Below are positions 41,352 to 54,079 of a stretch of DNA of 63,848 nucleotides, piece after piece; position 1 is the first letter of the stretch; each line of letters opens with the position of its first letter. The notes beneath the pieces were generated by a model. The model was not told where the DNA came from. It was given only the letters and a program-made list of their open reading frames with translations, and made no database searches. The position numbers were made by a program, and so were the translations under genes. Source of the stretch: Perkinsus olseni. Its lineage: Eukaryota. The DNA lies in contig JABANN010000132.1 of assembly GCA_013115125.1 (NCBI GenBank), positions 1 to 63,848 of the forward strand, read 5' to 3'.

Positions 41352-43325
41352 CACTATGTTGCAAAAAGCCCTGCAAACAACCATCCGCACCAAGCACGAG
41401 GCTCACGTTCTCCCTGGATGATGAAAGCCACATTCTCTCCAATCGTCAGGGAACAATCGGTGCACCGCCTCAAATATGGTTCCGGGAATAATTCTGAGTC
41501 ATCCGGCAACCTCAGGATATTCCGAATGTAGCGATACCCAAGGAGCTGCCGAAACCACCCGAAGCTTGCTACCAAAGCAGGAAGTAGCGCAGTGCGCTAC
41601 GTCCGTGGGTATCATTCAATTGCCTTCATGACGTGGCAATCTTCGGTGGAAATGTTGCGCTCAAGCTGGGCGGGCGACAAAATAATACATTTACAGGGGC
41701 GAGCGCGAGCGACGTTGTTGATGCTCTCTTCTCTTGCTCGGCTCTCAACCCTACTGGGAGCGCCCTTGGCTGTAACGCGGTCATTGGTGTCTGAGGCTGG
41801 TGGGAGCGAGCCATACGAGAATGATACGTTTTTCTGTCTGGTCGGAGAACTGGCAACGACAGACGGTCATCCATGTTGAGGGTCGGTTTCCGCTTCCGGC
41901 CTGTCGTGTTGATGAAGGAGACAGGTCGATCGCTCAGTGGTACTACTGACAATAGTGCAATCGAGGAGTATTGTGGCCCTGGCGGAGAATTGAGGCCTTT
42001 AACGTCAGGGTCCATCGCCACAACCGAAGCATCTTTGCCGCCTCCTGCAGGTTCGGAGCTGCACTAGACTCCACCGCTGGAGGTGTCGCTGAGAATCGTC
42101 ATCCTCGAGTTGGGATATTCAGTTAGCTCTCCTTCTCTCAGTTTCTAGATGGACCTCCTTTTATCAGGATGTGCTGGACAATGCAAAAGCACCGCCGCCA
42201 CAGACGCTTTAGTTTCTCTCAATCTACGCTGGTATGCCACCAGTGTCATCCACCAGCTTTACAATGATGCGGAGACCGACTGCCGTGTGGAGATGATGCA
42301 GTACTATTGGGGACATGCCTTCACGACAGGCCTCGGATAACGATCGTGTGTCGATAGCGCCCCTTCGTCCCCGTCATCTCCCGCAGCCCTGTACTCGTAG
42401 ATACAAAACGATGGGTATCCGGCCATCGAAGGCCAAGCTGAAGAGATGGAGTATCTACACGTCGCCACATCACTTGGCACGATTTGCTAACGAGTCTAAG
42501 GAGTATGTCAGAAGTTGGACGAGATTGCACAAATGCCGTTTTGAGAGGTAGTGAAGGCTCGACTGGGAACGACGGGTGGGAGAAGGGTACGGCTTTGGAT
42601 GGTCAGCGCCGAGCAATGCCGCCTGCTGATAACTCTGCAGCATCGTCTACAGTGTGACTTGAACGAAGCAGCTCCACAGACTACGAACGGAGGTTCCTCT
42701 GAGGATGCCCATCATGAGAAGTAGTCCCTGCACGCTGGGAAGGGAGAGTACTGTGCTAGGTGTAGGTACACAGAGGAAGGCGTAAGCACGCAGTTGATCA
42801 GGAATTTACCTAGAGGAAATACTTATGTTATAGGAGGAAGAACATTCCATTTCGATGAGGCTTTTGTTTGCCATTCCTCGGCGGCCGAGCTAATAGACGA
42901 GTAGTAGCGTTGAGCAGTGTTTCTCGTAAGATGGGAGTCGTTGGTGCTCAGGGATGGCGATACTACAGCGGACGAGGACAACAGCCCAGGCAGCTTTAGG
43001 AGGGGAAACACAGACGCTGCTGACCAGCTGTCTGACTGCTCTTCTGTTCCATCACCATGTGTAACTGCAAGCTCGGATAGACCTAAGGAGAGGTAGTACA
43101 GGGGCTTCGTGTCGAGTCTGCGGTGGTCCGGAGTGAGGCATCAGTTCGGTGGTATGGGTAATAATGTGGTGTCAGATTTGTTGCTTCGACTCTTGAAGCG
43201 ATCATGGCTGTTGTGGGGCGATATTGTGCTTCACAAGGCGTCCATGGTGAAGAGCAGCGCATGCTGACCAGGGCCGTGACGACACAGATGTCGCAGATTG
43301 GTGATGTCTATTAGAGGACAAGCAC

Positions 43326-44035
43326 ATGGGTGACATTCAGTACTCTCAGGGTTCGCTAACCTGGAGTACTCGGCGGTGACAACTCGTCAGTTCGTGTGCG
43401 AGGACCCTCTCCAGGCGACTACGATCAGTCTGGACGTCACAGCAGATGGCACTGCAATCCGCCTGGAACTTTTTGGACGGAAAAGCGAGTTCTCGAGCTA
43501 CGCGGTAGTACAGGGCCGAGGATTGGTGGTCATGGGCCGCTCGAAAACGGTGCAGTTGGCACAGTCCATCGAGCTGAATCTTGTATTATGCGTGCGAAGT
43601 CTTCGATATAACCGCTCGAATTTCGAAGTTTCCGACCAGACTTGGGCATCGTAGTGGCGGTGATGGTGAGAACTGTGTTTAGGTGGGTTATGAAGAGACT
43701 CCCCCAGACGTTATGTTCATCCCTTGCGGTCCTGGCAGCAGCAGGACGCTCAAAGCTGAAATACTCTGGAGGCTACGCACTGCCCAGAAGTCCTCATTGG
43801 ATGAACGTACTGAGCGTGGGAGAGGCGGTGGTGCTCGATCTAGCCTTTGTTAGCTGCCGAACTTCGAGTGACTCCGAAGACGGACCTCCATCGGCCTGAC
43901 GGTATGCCGAGGTTGAAGAACCCTTTCGAAGTGCTTCTTGTGGATGGACAGGAAAAACTTGTCGCGCGGCCGCCGAGGTCTAATGATTGGCACTGGCGAC
44001 GGATATTTGAGAACTCTCTGAAAATCAGTTTATAG
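43326..44035 (+). CDS. Hypothetical multi-exon protein; boundaries uncertain
   Basis: Open segments TTRQFVCEDPLQATTISLDV...IELNL | VGYEETPPDVMFIPCG...SSLDE | AELRVTPK...ENSLKISL* can be joined by GT-AG introns. No family recognised. Confidence 0.3.
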
Positions 44036-44341
44036 TTGAATCGCTTCGCTCCGCCGTCCTTCTGTTGTTATTTTGAAGGTATTCTTGATTTGTAGGCTTC
44101 AACTTCTTCTTTTGTATTGAATTTTCTTCTCCAGTAAAGACTGTTTTTGTGGTGACTTCTCACTCAAGTCGCCCTCCACCATCGGAGGCAGTGCAGTCTG
44201 TGTGTATCCTAATCCAGTTAGAGGAAACACTTGTGCCTAGTGGGGTATTCAATAACTCGCCAGCGCCGTGTTAGTCTGGGGATCTGACGTCGGTCGGTGT
44301 TTGCTATTCACCGTGGCCCCCTTAGCAGTTGGACACTCCTC

Positions 44342-46199
44342 ATGGCCTTGGTAGCTTCCGCAGCGCAGCAGAGCCTAGCCGTCAGCGGTGAGGCAGGCGG
44401 TGTACTGGCTAAGCCCTTGGAGGCTAACAGGAGGTCTAAGTTGCAGGGTAGAGCTACTGATGTTGCCTCGGTTGACGAGCTCTCTCGTTGTCCTCAGCTC
44501 CTACGATGCTTCTCACTGGTCACGAGGCCGAGGTCTTCTGCTGCGACTTTAGCGCTGATGGTAATAAGATGATCGTCGTTGTCGAATCATCGTCATTTGG
44601 CAGGCGCTAACTTGGCGAGTGGCGGATTCGACAAGAACATCCTGGTTTGGAAGGTGTATGGGGATTGTGATAATTGGTGTATCCTTAAGGGCCATGAGAA
44701 CGCTGTTTTAGAGGTACTAGGCGAATAGGTGATTGAAGTAAAGGGTGGTAGCGGTAATATCGATGAATAGTTTTTGGTGACATCTCCTCTTACAAGCCCT
44801 TCAACATGGTGCACAACGACTTTAGACTAGGCTTGGGTCAGTGAAGTATGGGGGGGCACACCAGACCCCCTCTTAACGCTGGTCCGCTTGTCAACCCGTA
44901 TAACGAGGTTGGCAATGGTCAGGTACACTGGAGCCTTACTGAACAGAATAAGATAGTGTCATGCAGTGCTGACAAGTCGGTAGCATTGTGGGACGTAGAG
45001 GAGGGTAAACGTATCAAGAAGCTAAGAGGACACGGGTAGTATTCTGGGGCCGATGACCAAACCTAAGCCCGTGATACGAGGGCTCACAGCGATCGCGTGG
45101 AGCACCCACTTCTATGGGTCCATCTATGGCCCATAGAGTGCTAGATCTCTAGGGCCTGGCTCGATGGTCAGGCTGGTCATGATCATCAGACTAGTCGAAG
45201 CCAGGCTACTGCTCATGCTTCTGCTCAGGGCGGTGGTCAACTCGTGCCAAGTAACGCGAAGGGGAGTGCCTCTTGTGGTTTCCGGTGGAGATGATGGCAG
45301 CATCAAACTATGGTAGGATGACACTGTGGCCTACTCTAGCCGTTATACTAGATTGTTCATGCAGGGATCTCCGAGTCCGTCGATGCGTACAGACGAGGGA
45401 CCATCAGTATCAAGTCCTTTCTGTCACCTTCGACGACACCGCCACTAGGATCTTCGCAGGTCAGCCGGTCAGGAACCATCCGAAGTTACGGAGCGATTCG
45501 TTTGCACTCGTCACTGGTTGTCGTAGTCGGCGGAACAGTCGCATGGAGATATTATTGAAGGGCCAGCGGAGGTTCCTCAGGCACACTGGACAACCAGATC
45601 CTGTCGATGGACATCCGTAAGATGGATGCAGAGCAGAACGTCATCGAACTGGGCCCTGAGCACGATGACTCCATCACCGGCTTAGCGGTAGGCTTCATGC
45701 AGCTTGACGAGAGTTCGCTCCCGATCATCATTGGCAGGTATCAAACGACGGCAACTTCCTCCTCAGTAACTCTATGGATAAGTCAGTGAAGCTGTGGGAC
45801 ATCCGACCATTCGTCGCCCACGATAGTAGGAGGCTCGCCAAGGCTGCGTGTGGAGATGGCGTTCCTTGGTGGTGTCAGGTCAAAGGCTCGTGCATCACTT
45901 CACGCGAGGGGTGCAACATGACTCCGAACGAAACTTACTTCGTGTCCGTTGGAGCCCTGATGACCAGTACTTCACCACAGGCAACGCCAAGCGTGTGGTC
46001 AACGTGTGGGACGTCAGGTAGGGGAGCGGGCTTCGTGTTAGTCGCAGGTGGACCCTTCCTTCGTAGGTCTCGTGAGATCCTCTACAGCTTGCCGGGCCAT
46101 ACAGGCTCAGTGAACGAGGTCTGCTTCCATCCATCGGAGTCCTACGTCATCGCCAGTGCCTCCAGCGACAGGACCATCTATCTGGGGGAGCTAGCCTGA
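44342..46199 (+). CDS. SNRNP40: U5 snRNP 40 kDa WD40 protein
   Basis: RRSKLQAPTMLLTGHEAEVFCCDF, LASGGFDKNILVWKVYGDCDNWCILKGHENAVL, SADKSVALWDVEEGKRIKKLRGH, NSMDKSVKLWDIRPF, SERNLLRVRWSPD, LPGHTGSVNEVCFHP...SASSDRTIYLGELA*. Confidence 0.93.
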
Positions 46200-46631
46200 T
46201 CACTGATAGACGTTACGGGGGAGTATATGAATGCTCTACTGCCCGTTTCAACGCAGGTGCCGAGATGTTGCGCTCAGTGGACCTCCAACGCCTCCAATCG
46301 GTGATGTGTAGCTCCTCCCACCTAAATGGAGGCTCCTGTAACAGTGTCGGATAGAACTACCTTATGAGCTCAGTTCGGTCGTGAGTAGATTTCTTCGCTT
46401 AGGAAAAAGGTGCGTTTTTCGGTACTACCTTGGGCGATTTCTCGCCTCCCCACTCGCGTTGTGGAATTAGCACTGGACTGGTAGTATTCTTAGAGTCGGC
46501 ATCGGTCGGTGATCGTACGCGGAGCATTGAGATGTTATTAACCTTCCCAGTTCACTCACTCAGCCCCCCTAGTGGTATAGCGCCCTGCTTCTCTGGTATG
46601 TGTTGGATTACCCGTAGTTCCTGCGCCGATA

Positions 46632-48053
46632 ATGGCCTCTATCCAGGCCCGCCATCGGGCACCGACTTTCCCTCGTGATGTCTGGCCTGTTATTATCGAC
46701 TACCTCACGGCTGAGGAGGCCTGCAAGCTCTCAATCGCCTCACGCAGCCATCACCGCTTGATAGACGTCGAGTGCTGGCGCTTCTGGCGAGACACGTGCT
46801 ATAGACGTTACTCGGAGGACACCTGCAAGCACTACCTGGGCAGCCTCCCCGATACTGCAGCTTTGGACGACCTGCATGTATGGCGGAGATTGGCTAGTTG
46901 CTGGCACGATGCGGCGTCATTGAAGAGGGCGATGTTCAGCGGCCTTCGAGAAGTCACTTTGGACGGGGACACTGAGTTCATCGTACATGGCCATGTTGCA
47001 TTATGGGCTGGTAACACCGAGATCGTCCGGCGGATATCTGTAGAGCCCGGGCACTTCGGCGAAGTCGACTCCTACCCTGACTTGGAGTATGACGATGTGG
47101 TGCCTCTGGGCAAGCAATTGATAGTGGCCTCAGAAGGGCGACTGCAGATCATAGGCCCCGGCTCCAAGGTGACCGCCACCGTCCCTTTCTCGTTTGATTA
47201 CGACGAGGGAGAGGTTACTCGTCTCTTCCTCGACATGGCTTCTGCTGTGCTCTACGTGCTACATGGGCCCTGGCTGGCGGGCTACAGGGTGGATGCGTCC
47301 TTACTACTGAGAGAGTCCTACACTATCAAGCTGCCTCTGCGAGACATCGATGGCCTCATGTTTCGAGCATCGATCGGCCACTGTGCTATACTCCACGACT
47401 CACAGCGAAGGATACTTGTGTACGACTCCCGAACTGGCAAAACCATTCTGGATGAGACCCTCCCGCTTGAGGACGAATGCATAGTGTACGCTGACGCCTG
47501 GCCGCCATGGTTGGTAGTGTTGACGCCGCGAGAGCTCTATCGTGTTAACATCGAGGCTGATGATGCTGGCGATAGGAAAATGTGGGAGGCCTTTCCCATT
47601 TCGGGCACCGGCATAGCTGGGGTAGAGTTCCGTCGATGTGCTCTTGAAGTGAAGATCGACCCCAAGGACCCCGAGCAGTTCTTGTTGCTGTCGTCCCCCT
47701 ACTATGATGGCGAGACAGCCCTCGTACTGTGTCGGAGGAAAGCCCGTTCCACTTTGAGCTACGTGGCTGCGTACACGCTAGAGCCGGGGTACTTTTGCGA
47801 CCGATTGGAATATCGCCATGACGGCTCGGTGGTCGAAGTGTGCGTAGGGAAGCAAGGTGTGGACGCCAAGATCGCTGGGGTCTACAGCAGAGTCGTGTGG
47901 CTCGACCGGGTTGATCTCTCTGTGATCCATGTCTTTGATGACGCTGTTGGGGAGTGGCGTACGGATGTTAGAGATTGCGCTGCATCTGTCGTGTGTGGTG
48001 ATGATGACGATGGTGTTGCGATCAAGTACTGGAGTCTGATGAAGCCGGTCTGA
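46632..48053 (+). CDS. Intronless F-box protein with a predicted beta-rich C-terminal domain, paralogue 1
   Basis: 473-aa ORF; N-terminal FPRDVWPVIIDYLTAEEACKLSIASRSHHRLI is F-box-like; collinear with the next ORF. Confidence 0.75.
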   Translation: MASIQARHRAPTFPRDVWPVIIDYLTAEEACKLSIASRSHHRLIDVECWRFWRDTCYRRYSEDTCKHYLGSLPDTAALDDLHVWRRLASCWHDAASLKRAMFSGLREVTLDGDTEFIVHGHVALWAGNTEIVRRISVEPGHFGEVDSYPDLEYDDVVPLGKQLIVASEGRLQIIGPGSKVTATVPFSFDYDEGEVTRLFLDMASAVLYVLHGPWLAGYRVDASLLLRESYTIKLPLRDIDGLMFRASIGHCAILHDSQRRILVYDSRTGKTILDETLPLEDECIVYADAWPPWLVVLTPRELYRVNIEADDAGDRKMWEAFPISGTGIAGVEFRRCALEVKIDPKDPEQFLLLSSPYYDGETALVLCRRKARSTLSYVAAYTLEPGYFCDRLEYRHDGSVVEVCVGKQGVDAKIAGVYSRVVWLDRVDLSVIHVFDDAVGEWRTDVRDCAASVVCGDDDDGVAIKYWSLMKPV

Positions 48054-48601
48054 AAACTCTAGCTTAGTTGCTGTTGATTGCAATGATGATGTAGGCTCCC
48101 CACTGCTGTTGGTGCACGGGCCGTAGGGGATGGACGGTGCTGACGACTTCGGAATCTGCGCTGGTGGTTATGCTCTCTGTAACTTGACTCAAGAGTTTCA
48201 CGTGTATGACCGACTACTTGATCCACTGTCGAATGCTGGGAACACGTCGTCGATTCTCTGGAGGTCTACTCTCGCAGTAGTAGCTGTTTCCTGTTGCAAG
48301 AGAACTTCATTTTACAGTGGTGATCAATTCTAGGAGCGGGAGTGAGAGAGGTCTACGAGACCAGTCGTCCACAGCATGCTTCCTGAGTGCCGTCTGTATC
48401 CGAACTTGAATACTCCAGCCGGTATCGCTTCGATGATCGCCCTCTTCTTCGTTATTCCCAACCATCGAGGGTCACAGTAGCCCCTCTTACTTCAAGCAAA
48501 GCTCAGTGTGTTTCATGCCTGTAGATTGCCTGCGGGTTGCATGTCCTTCGTTACTACCAGGGGAGCTGTGATTCGTCGCGATTAGGTCAGTTTTTTGTTG
48601 C

Positions 48602-50023
48602 ATGCTCCCTGACAGACTGGGTCCGCTGACCAGTGAGATCTGGCGTCTCGTGGCTGGCTACCTCCCAGCTCCTGAAGCCTGTAACCTGGCTATGACATCG
48701 AGAGCTCTATGGCGTCTGATTGACGCTCAATGCGTCTTTTCCTGGCGCGCGACATGTTATTCGCGATACAAAAGAGAAACCTGCCTCGAATACCTCCGCA
48801 GCTGTGGCTGTGAGATAGCCGCTCCCGCTGAGTACCGCATTTGGAAGAGGCTGGCCAGCTGCTGGCGTGGGCGAGAGTCCCTTAAGAAGATCCTTGCCAC
48901 GCCTCCTCAGACACTGACGTTACCTCGATCCACCGACTTCATCACTTATGGTCATGGAGCTGTTTGGTCGGGTGACACGACGACGATCACTCGATGGCCT
49001 ATGGGCCGCAGCACCGCTGGTGACCACCCGCGCTGCACTCGTTTCCTGCGGGTTCCGCGTGCGGTGGTGGCACCGGGCGATGACGCGTTGTTGGCGACGG
49101 CCAATGGAAGGCTAGTTGTGATGGGACCTGGAGGAGAGGTGAAGATGGAGAATGAACTTACCTTCAGTGATCGCCGTGGTGAGGGCTGGAACTATGACCT
49201 GCTTCTAGATAAGGCATCTAACATGGTCTATGCTCTCCACGGTAAGGCGGTTGCTGGCTACCATTTCAATCGTTTCCGAGAGGTGGACTTCCTGTACAAG
49301 TACGATCTGCCCTTGACGGACCCCGATTGTCTTATCGTCAAGATAGATGCCGGTCATTGTGTGCTCTTCCATGACATGCAACAGCGGGTCCTTGTCCACG
49401 ATGCCAAGTCGGGAGAGGTCATTCAAGACGCCAGAATACCATCTCGCAGCATCGAAGCTTTAGATTGCAAGTATCCCTGGTTGGTTATATTGTCTAAAGC
49501 ATTCCTCTACAAGCTTGATCTGTCCAGTCTGAGGCATCTTGGCAGCGAGTCTCTCGTTCCCATGTGGGGTGAAGGGGAGGCTTGGGACGTGTCGCGACGG
49601 TATTTCGGTGGTGTGGCGGTTGACCCGAGGGACTCCGGCCGATTCTTGCTCCTATCCTACGCTATATTCGGAGGTCGGACGTCGGTGATTCTCTCCAGGC
49701 GAACGGGTGCGTCCACGTTGGGACTGATAGCCTCGTACGACCTAGAGGAGGGTATCACTACTAACGGGCTGGAGTACAGGCATGGCGGCTCCATAATAGA
49801 GCTCCTCGTAAATCGAGAAAACACGGATGGCCTCCTAGGTCACGTCTTCGATAGGGTGGTGTGGCTCAATCCAGAGGATCTCTCAACCATCCGTGTCTTT
49901 GAAAACTGTGTCGGATTCTGGCCGACCCCGATTCGAGGTTGTGTGGCGGTGGTGGACCGTGCTGATGACGAAGCCGGTATTATAGTCAAATACTGGGACC
50001 TCACGGACAGCAGTTCAGACTGA
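48602..50023 (+). CDS. Intronless F-box protein, paralogue 2
   Basis: 473-aa ORF; LTSEIWRLVAGYLPAPEACNLAMTSRALWRLI; shares W.RLASCW, GHC...HD.Q.R.LV.D, PWLV, LEYRH.GS, RVVWL and KYW.L with paralogue 1. Confidence 0.75.
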   Translation: MLPDRLGPLTSEIWRLVAGYLPAPEACNLAMTSRALWRLIDAQCVFSWRATCYSRYKRETCLEYLRSCGCEIAAPAEYRIWKRLASCWRGRESLKKILATPPQTLTLPRSTDFITYGHGAVWSGDTTTITRWPMGRSTAGDHPRCTRFLRVPRAVVAPGDDALLATANGRLVVMGPGGEVKMENELTFSDRRGEGWNYDLLLDKASNMVYALHGKAVAGYHFNRFREVDFLYKYDLPLTDPDCLIVKIDAGHCVLFHDMQQRVLVHDAKSGEVIQDARIPSRSIEALDCKYPWLVILSKAFLYKLDLSSLRHLGSESLVPMWGEGEAWDVSRRYFGGVAVDPRDSGRFLLLSYAIFGGRTSVILSRRTGASTLGLIASYDLEEGITTNGLEYRHGGSIIELLVNRENTDGLLGHVFDRVVWLNPEDLSTIRVFENCVGFWPTPIRGCVAVVDRADDEAGIIVKYWDLTDSSSD

Positions 50024-50528
50024 GGCCTTCTCGATCTGGGCCATTCCTCCGCCTCCCACGAGCCGTGCCTTGTCGGAGCCATTATTTCACCATGTTTGCC
50101 CAGATCTGAACTACTCGAGTTCATGTAGCCTTGTAGCACAGCTGATGAGAGACTCTTGCAGCCATCCGCTGCCCCTTGGCTTTTTTATTTCAATACAGCG
50201 ATTCTTCACCGGGACGAGACTCGAGTTCGTGGGCCGTCGCGTTTGTACCACGGTAGCCCAGAATGGTACAATTCTGGCGTCTTCTAGAAAGGAAATATAT
50301 TCGGTCGCTTCTTTGTGACTCCTCCCGTCGCGTACTCCCGATGCCCCATCCTAACGGCATTGGTTGGGATAATCGCTGATTATCCCAACCAATGTCGTTA
50401 TATCGCCGAGACCGGCGCGTTCTCTGGGAACGCGACTGGTTCGGCTGTACGCCAGCGGAGAACAGAGGTGCAAGCCGTGGGGAGCCGCGCTATCACGATC
50501 GCTCCCGTCCATCTGAGTGTTTTTTATT

Positions 50529-51729
50529 ATGCACATCAGCAGCACCACCTGCTGTATCGTCACCGGCGGAGCCTCTGGCCTGGGGGAGACCACAGCTCGG
50601 GTCCTGGCAGCGAAAGGCGCCAAGGTTGCGATCTTGGATGTGAACACCGACAAAGGCGAGGCTGTTGCCAAGTCTATCGGTACCCAAGCGTTCCTGGAAT
50701 ACCAATGACTCCTTTCCTTCGACTGGATTTCGGATTGTAGAGGCTTCTGCCGTGTCAGGCGGCCATTTCGTTCATGTTGATCTGCTGAACGAGTCCTCGA
50801 TAGAGAAGGCTGTTGGGGAAGCTGTTAGGCTTCTTGGTAAGTACACGGTCATGCATCGTCTCGTGCCATCCCCAGCCGCATGGCTGCGCAAAATATCTTT
50901 CGTGCTGCGATCGATTCATGAATGTACCACCCACAGTATATTCCATCGTTCGCTCGTCTATCCTTGGTTGAGATTGTTTGCCCGTTCGTGCCTCAGGCGC
51001 TGTTCACGTGGTTGTTAATTCCGGCGGCGCTGGTATTGCCATACAAGTCATCAACCGTGCTGGACAGCCTCACGACATTGAGGTGGGGTGCTCACTCGTA
51101 TGAGACTCCCGATGCTCGCTGCAGGCTTACGCCAAGAACATCAACCTCAATCTGGTCGGGACCTTCTCCGTGTCAGCGAAAGTGGCCGCGGTGATGGCTA
51201 AGCAGGTGGTGCTCTTGATCACACTGCTGGTAGTACATGTCATTACAACAGGTGCCCGTCACCGAAGAGGGCGAGCGAGGAGTAATCATCAACGTCGCGT
51301 CAATTGCCGCCTTCGACGGGCAACAGGGGCAATCGGCGTACTCTTCCAGCAAGGCGGGTGTGGTAAGCACCGCTCAGGCTGAGTGTTTGTGATCTCGGAC
51401 TCAGGTGGGCTTGGCCCTCCCCATGGCTCGAGATCTAGCACCATATGGCATCAGAGTCAACACCATCGCCCCCGGGATCATCAAAAGCCCCATGAGTGAT
51501 CAGATCCTGCCTAAGGTCAGCGAATCACTTCAGTTTACACTGGGAAATGAAATAGCTGAAGTTTTCACTATGACAGGTGCAAAAGCGCCTGTTGAGTACG
51601 CAATGCTTCCCACCGCGTTTCGGTGACTCCAAGGAGTTTGCCAGCCTTGTTGTGCACATGATTGAGAACTCGTACATGAACGCCGAGGTGGTGAGAATGG
51701 ATGCTGGTCAGAGAATGTCCAGGCTCTAG
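50529..51729 (+). CDS. HSD17B10: Short-chain dehydrogenase, 3-hydroxyacyl-CoA dehydrogenase type-2-like
   Basis: [90 protein letters not shown] introns. Confidence 0.92.
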
Positions 51730-52216
51730 CGCCTCAAGTTTTTTACGAATTTTTTCTTCGAGTTGGACGTTGCGTTGAAAGGAGGAAAGCCATTGAGTGA
51801 CTATGAGTACGGAGGTGAATCGAATTCTCTCCTCGTGTTGCCGGAGCTCCCAAATAGGGTTCACTCGCTCATGGCGTAACATTTGGATGCCTGCTCCTAC
51901 TAGAGTAGTCACAAACTCGACCACCATCGCTCGTGAGACTAAAAGTCGGTATCGGTAAAGTCAGATCTTCCGACAAATCGGAATAGCTTCCCAGAAGTCT
52001 ACCTGAACATCACGATTGTTTCAAGAAAGGCAGGGGGAGGACTTAACTTGGCAGCCTTGCCGAAAGTCAAGAGCTGGAAGTACAATAAGCGAGGCCTCGG
52101 AGAAAGTCGGCAGAATGGTGCAGACAGAAGCGAAGTTCTCAACTCGCAATCGAGTTGGGACTGAGCGGCCCCTGTTCAAGGAGCTATTTCGTGAATGTAG
52201 CCGTCTGGGCTCGACA

Positions 52217-52378
52217 TTATCCAGCACGGGCGCATATGCAGTCATCGTCGAAGCACTGGCAGTACATGCCAGGTCCACAAGTTCTATAGTCCAGCGGGTT
52301 ACAGGCATCAACACCCTGCAAGTTGACATCCTTCAGAGTCACGAATACCAGAGTGAGAGTCCAAGTGAAGAATCGCAT
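52217..52378 (-). CDS. Tiny secreted six-cysteine peptide, paralogue 1 (53 aa)
   Basis: Hand translation: MRFFTWTLTLVFVTLKDVNLQGVDA-CNPLDYRTCGPGMYCQCFDDDCICARAG*. Homologous to 54080-54232. Confidence 0.8.
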   Translation of the reverse strand: MRFFTWTLTLVFVTLKDVNLQGVDACNPLDYRTCGPGMYCQCFDDDCICARAG

Positions 52379-54079
52379 TTGAGGGGTTAACGTAGAACCT
52401 TACTCAGAGACTCTCCGGCCACCTTTCCATCGCGAGACGATACGTTCACGAGTCCCTCGAGGGTAATCCTAGCCGTAGAGAAATTCAGGGGCACACGAGA
52501 GGCTTGTACATGTTGGCTACGCACGCGTGCAGTCAGAGGCTCGTGCTGCGTCACCAAAGTTGCGGCCCGGGGGAAGCCCTGACCTTCATTTGAAGCTACG
52601 GTCGCGGCCTCACAGAGCTCTGAGCAGCTTCTCAGAGAAGCTTGAATGCACACTTGAGACAAAACCCGAGCCTCGGGCAACCCATTATCTGTTGTGGAAT
52701 GTTTCCCCCAGTAGACACTATCCTCCAAATGCTTGCCTAGGGCTCCCATCGGGGCGCACGCTCTTGCGAATACTGTCCCCAAAAGCTCATCAGATATCAA
52801 CCGTCAATTTTGACACCGATTTGTCTCGGGAGACCTTGGAGAAGTCTTTCAAAAGCAAGCAACTTTTGTTTGATCTCCGTCACAGTTTTCACGCGCCCAA
52901 CTGATGCGAAAACACGGGAACGGCTCCATCCGCAAAACAATGGTGGTATCTAGTCCATACGTAGTTGCTGTGATATCTCGGCCTTGACTCGAGGCCCTCG
53001 AGTACTCTACAATGAAGTCCGTGTGCTTCCGTCGATCGTCAGACATTATGTCCATCACCTAAGAACTCTTTTTTCGGGGGAGACGCTACTTCTGCAAGGG
53101 CGAATACTCCACCCCACTAGGCGCGGGTGGTGAAGGAACGAGCTACGCGGTGGGACACGTTGCTGTGGAAGCCACTTCAATGAAGGGCAGAACGTTCGAC
53201 TACGTTATACGCCAGCACGACGAGGCGATGTGGTACACAACATAACCGTGAGATCGAGCTACTGATTCATTCACTCAGCATGGAGGGAGGTTTACAACTT
53301 CAAACTCAATAACACGAGCGACGTTGAGGCTGATGCTTAGAAGAAGATCAAGTCGTTCAGAAATGAGAGAACGTTGCGGAAACACAGTTGCGGGCACTTC
53401 CTCACAGTAGCACGCCAATCGTCGTATGCCACTCCACTTAGAGCGCGCACGGAGGAGCTCTGATTTAGATTGGAGCCGGGCTGGAAGATCCCCGTCGAGT
53501 TTGCGTGGCAGAAAGGGGCTCATATCATCCCTGATCAAGAAGCTGCTTGAAGAAGGGCCCACAGAGGGCGTCTAATCCTTCTCAAGACACTGCGGGGATC
53601 CGACACTTTCGGTGTAACATTCTTCTCACTGTCGCATGAGTCGCCAGACTGTCGAGTACACTTCTGTCACACCGCTGATAGTATGTCATTGTGCGAGCAC
53701 GATTCCTAAGGCTCAACCAACAGCGTTCAGGAAAGTGTGGGGGGGGGCTTGCTTGCGGGCACCTAAACCCGCAGCATTACTAATTCTTCGCGTTGCTCCG
53801 GTCTCCTCCCGAAGGCTTCCGAGTTAGCCCTTGCTTTCAACTAGGCTTGGCCAACTCAAGGCTCACAGGCAAGAAGAATGACCAAAACGAGACATTATCC
53901 ATTTCCTTCTTAAAATTCATCTGAGAGGCACAGTCGTCGTGCGCATAAGCGAAACCCTCAACCTACCTATCCTCGGGAGAAGCGCCGATTATTAGTTTAT
54001 TCAAAAGGCATATTGTGGGTTGATGAGCGTCCCTCACATACAAGTTGAGATCCTCATCCGGGAAATTGACTTCGCATCA

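Noticed and set aside
41721-42660. Possible small spliced plus-strand gene starting MLSSLARLSTLLGAPLA
   Set aside because: Several frames are equally plausible and no homology was recognised, so no model can be supported.
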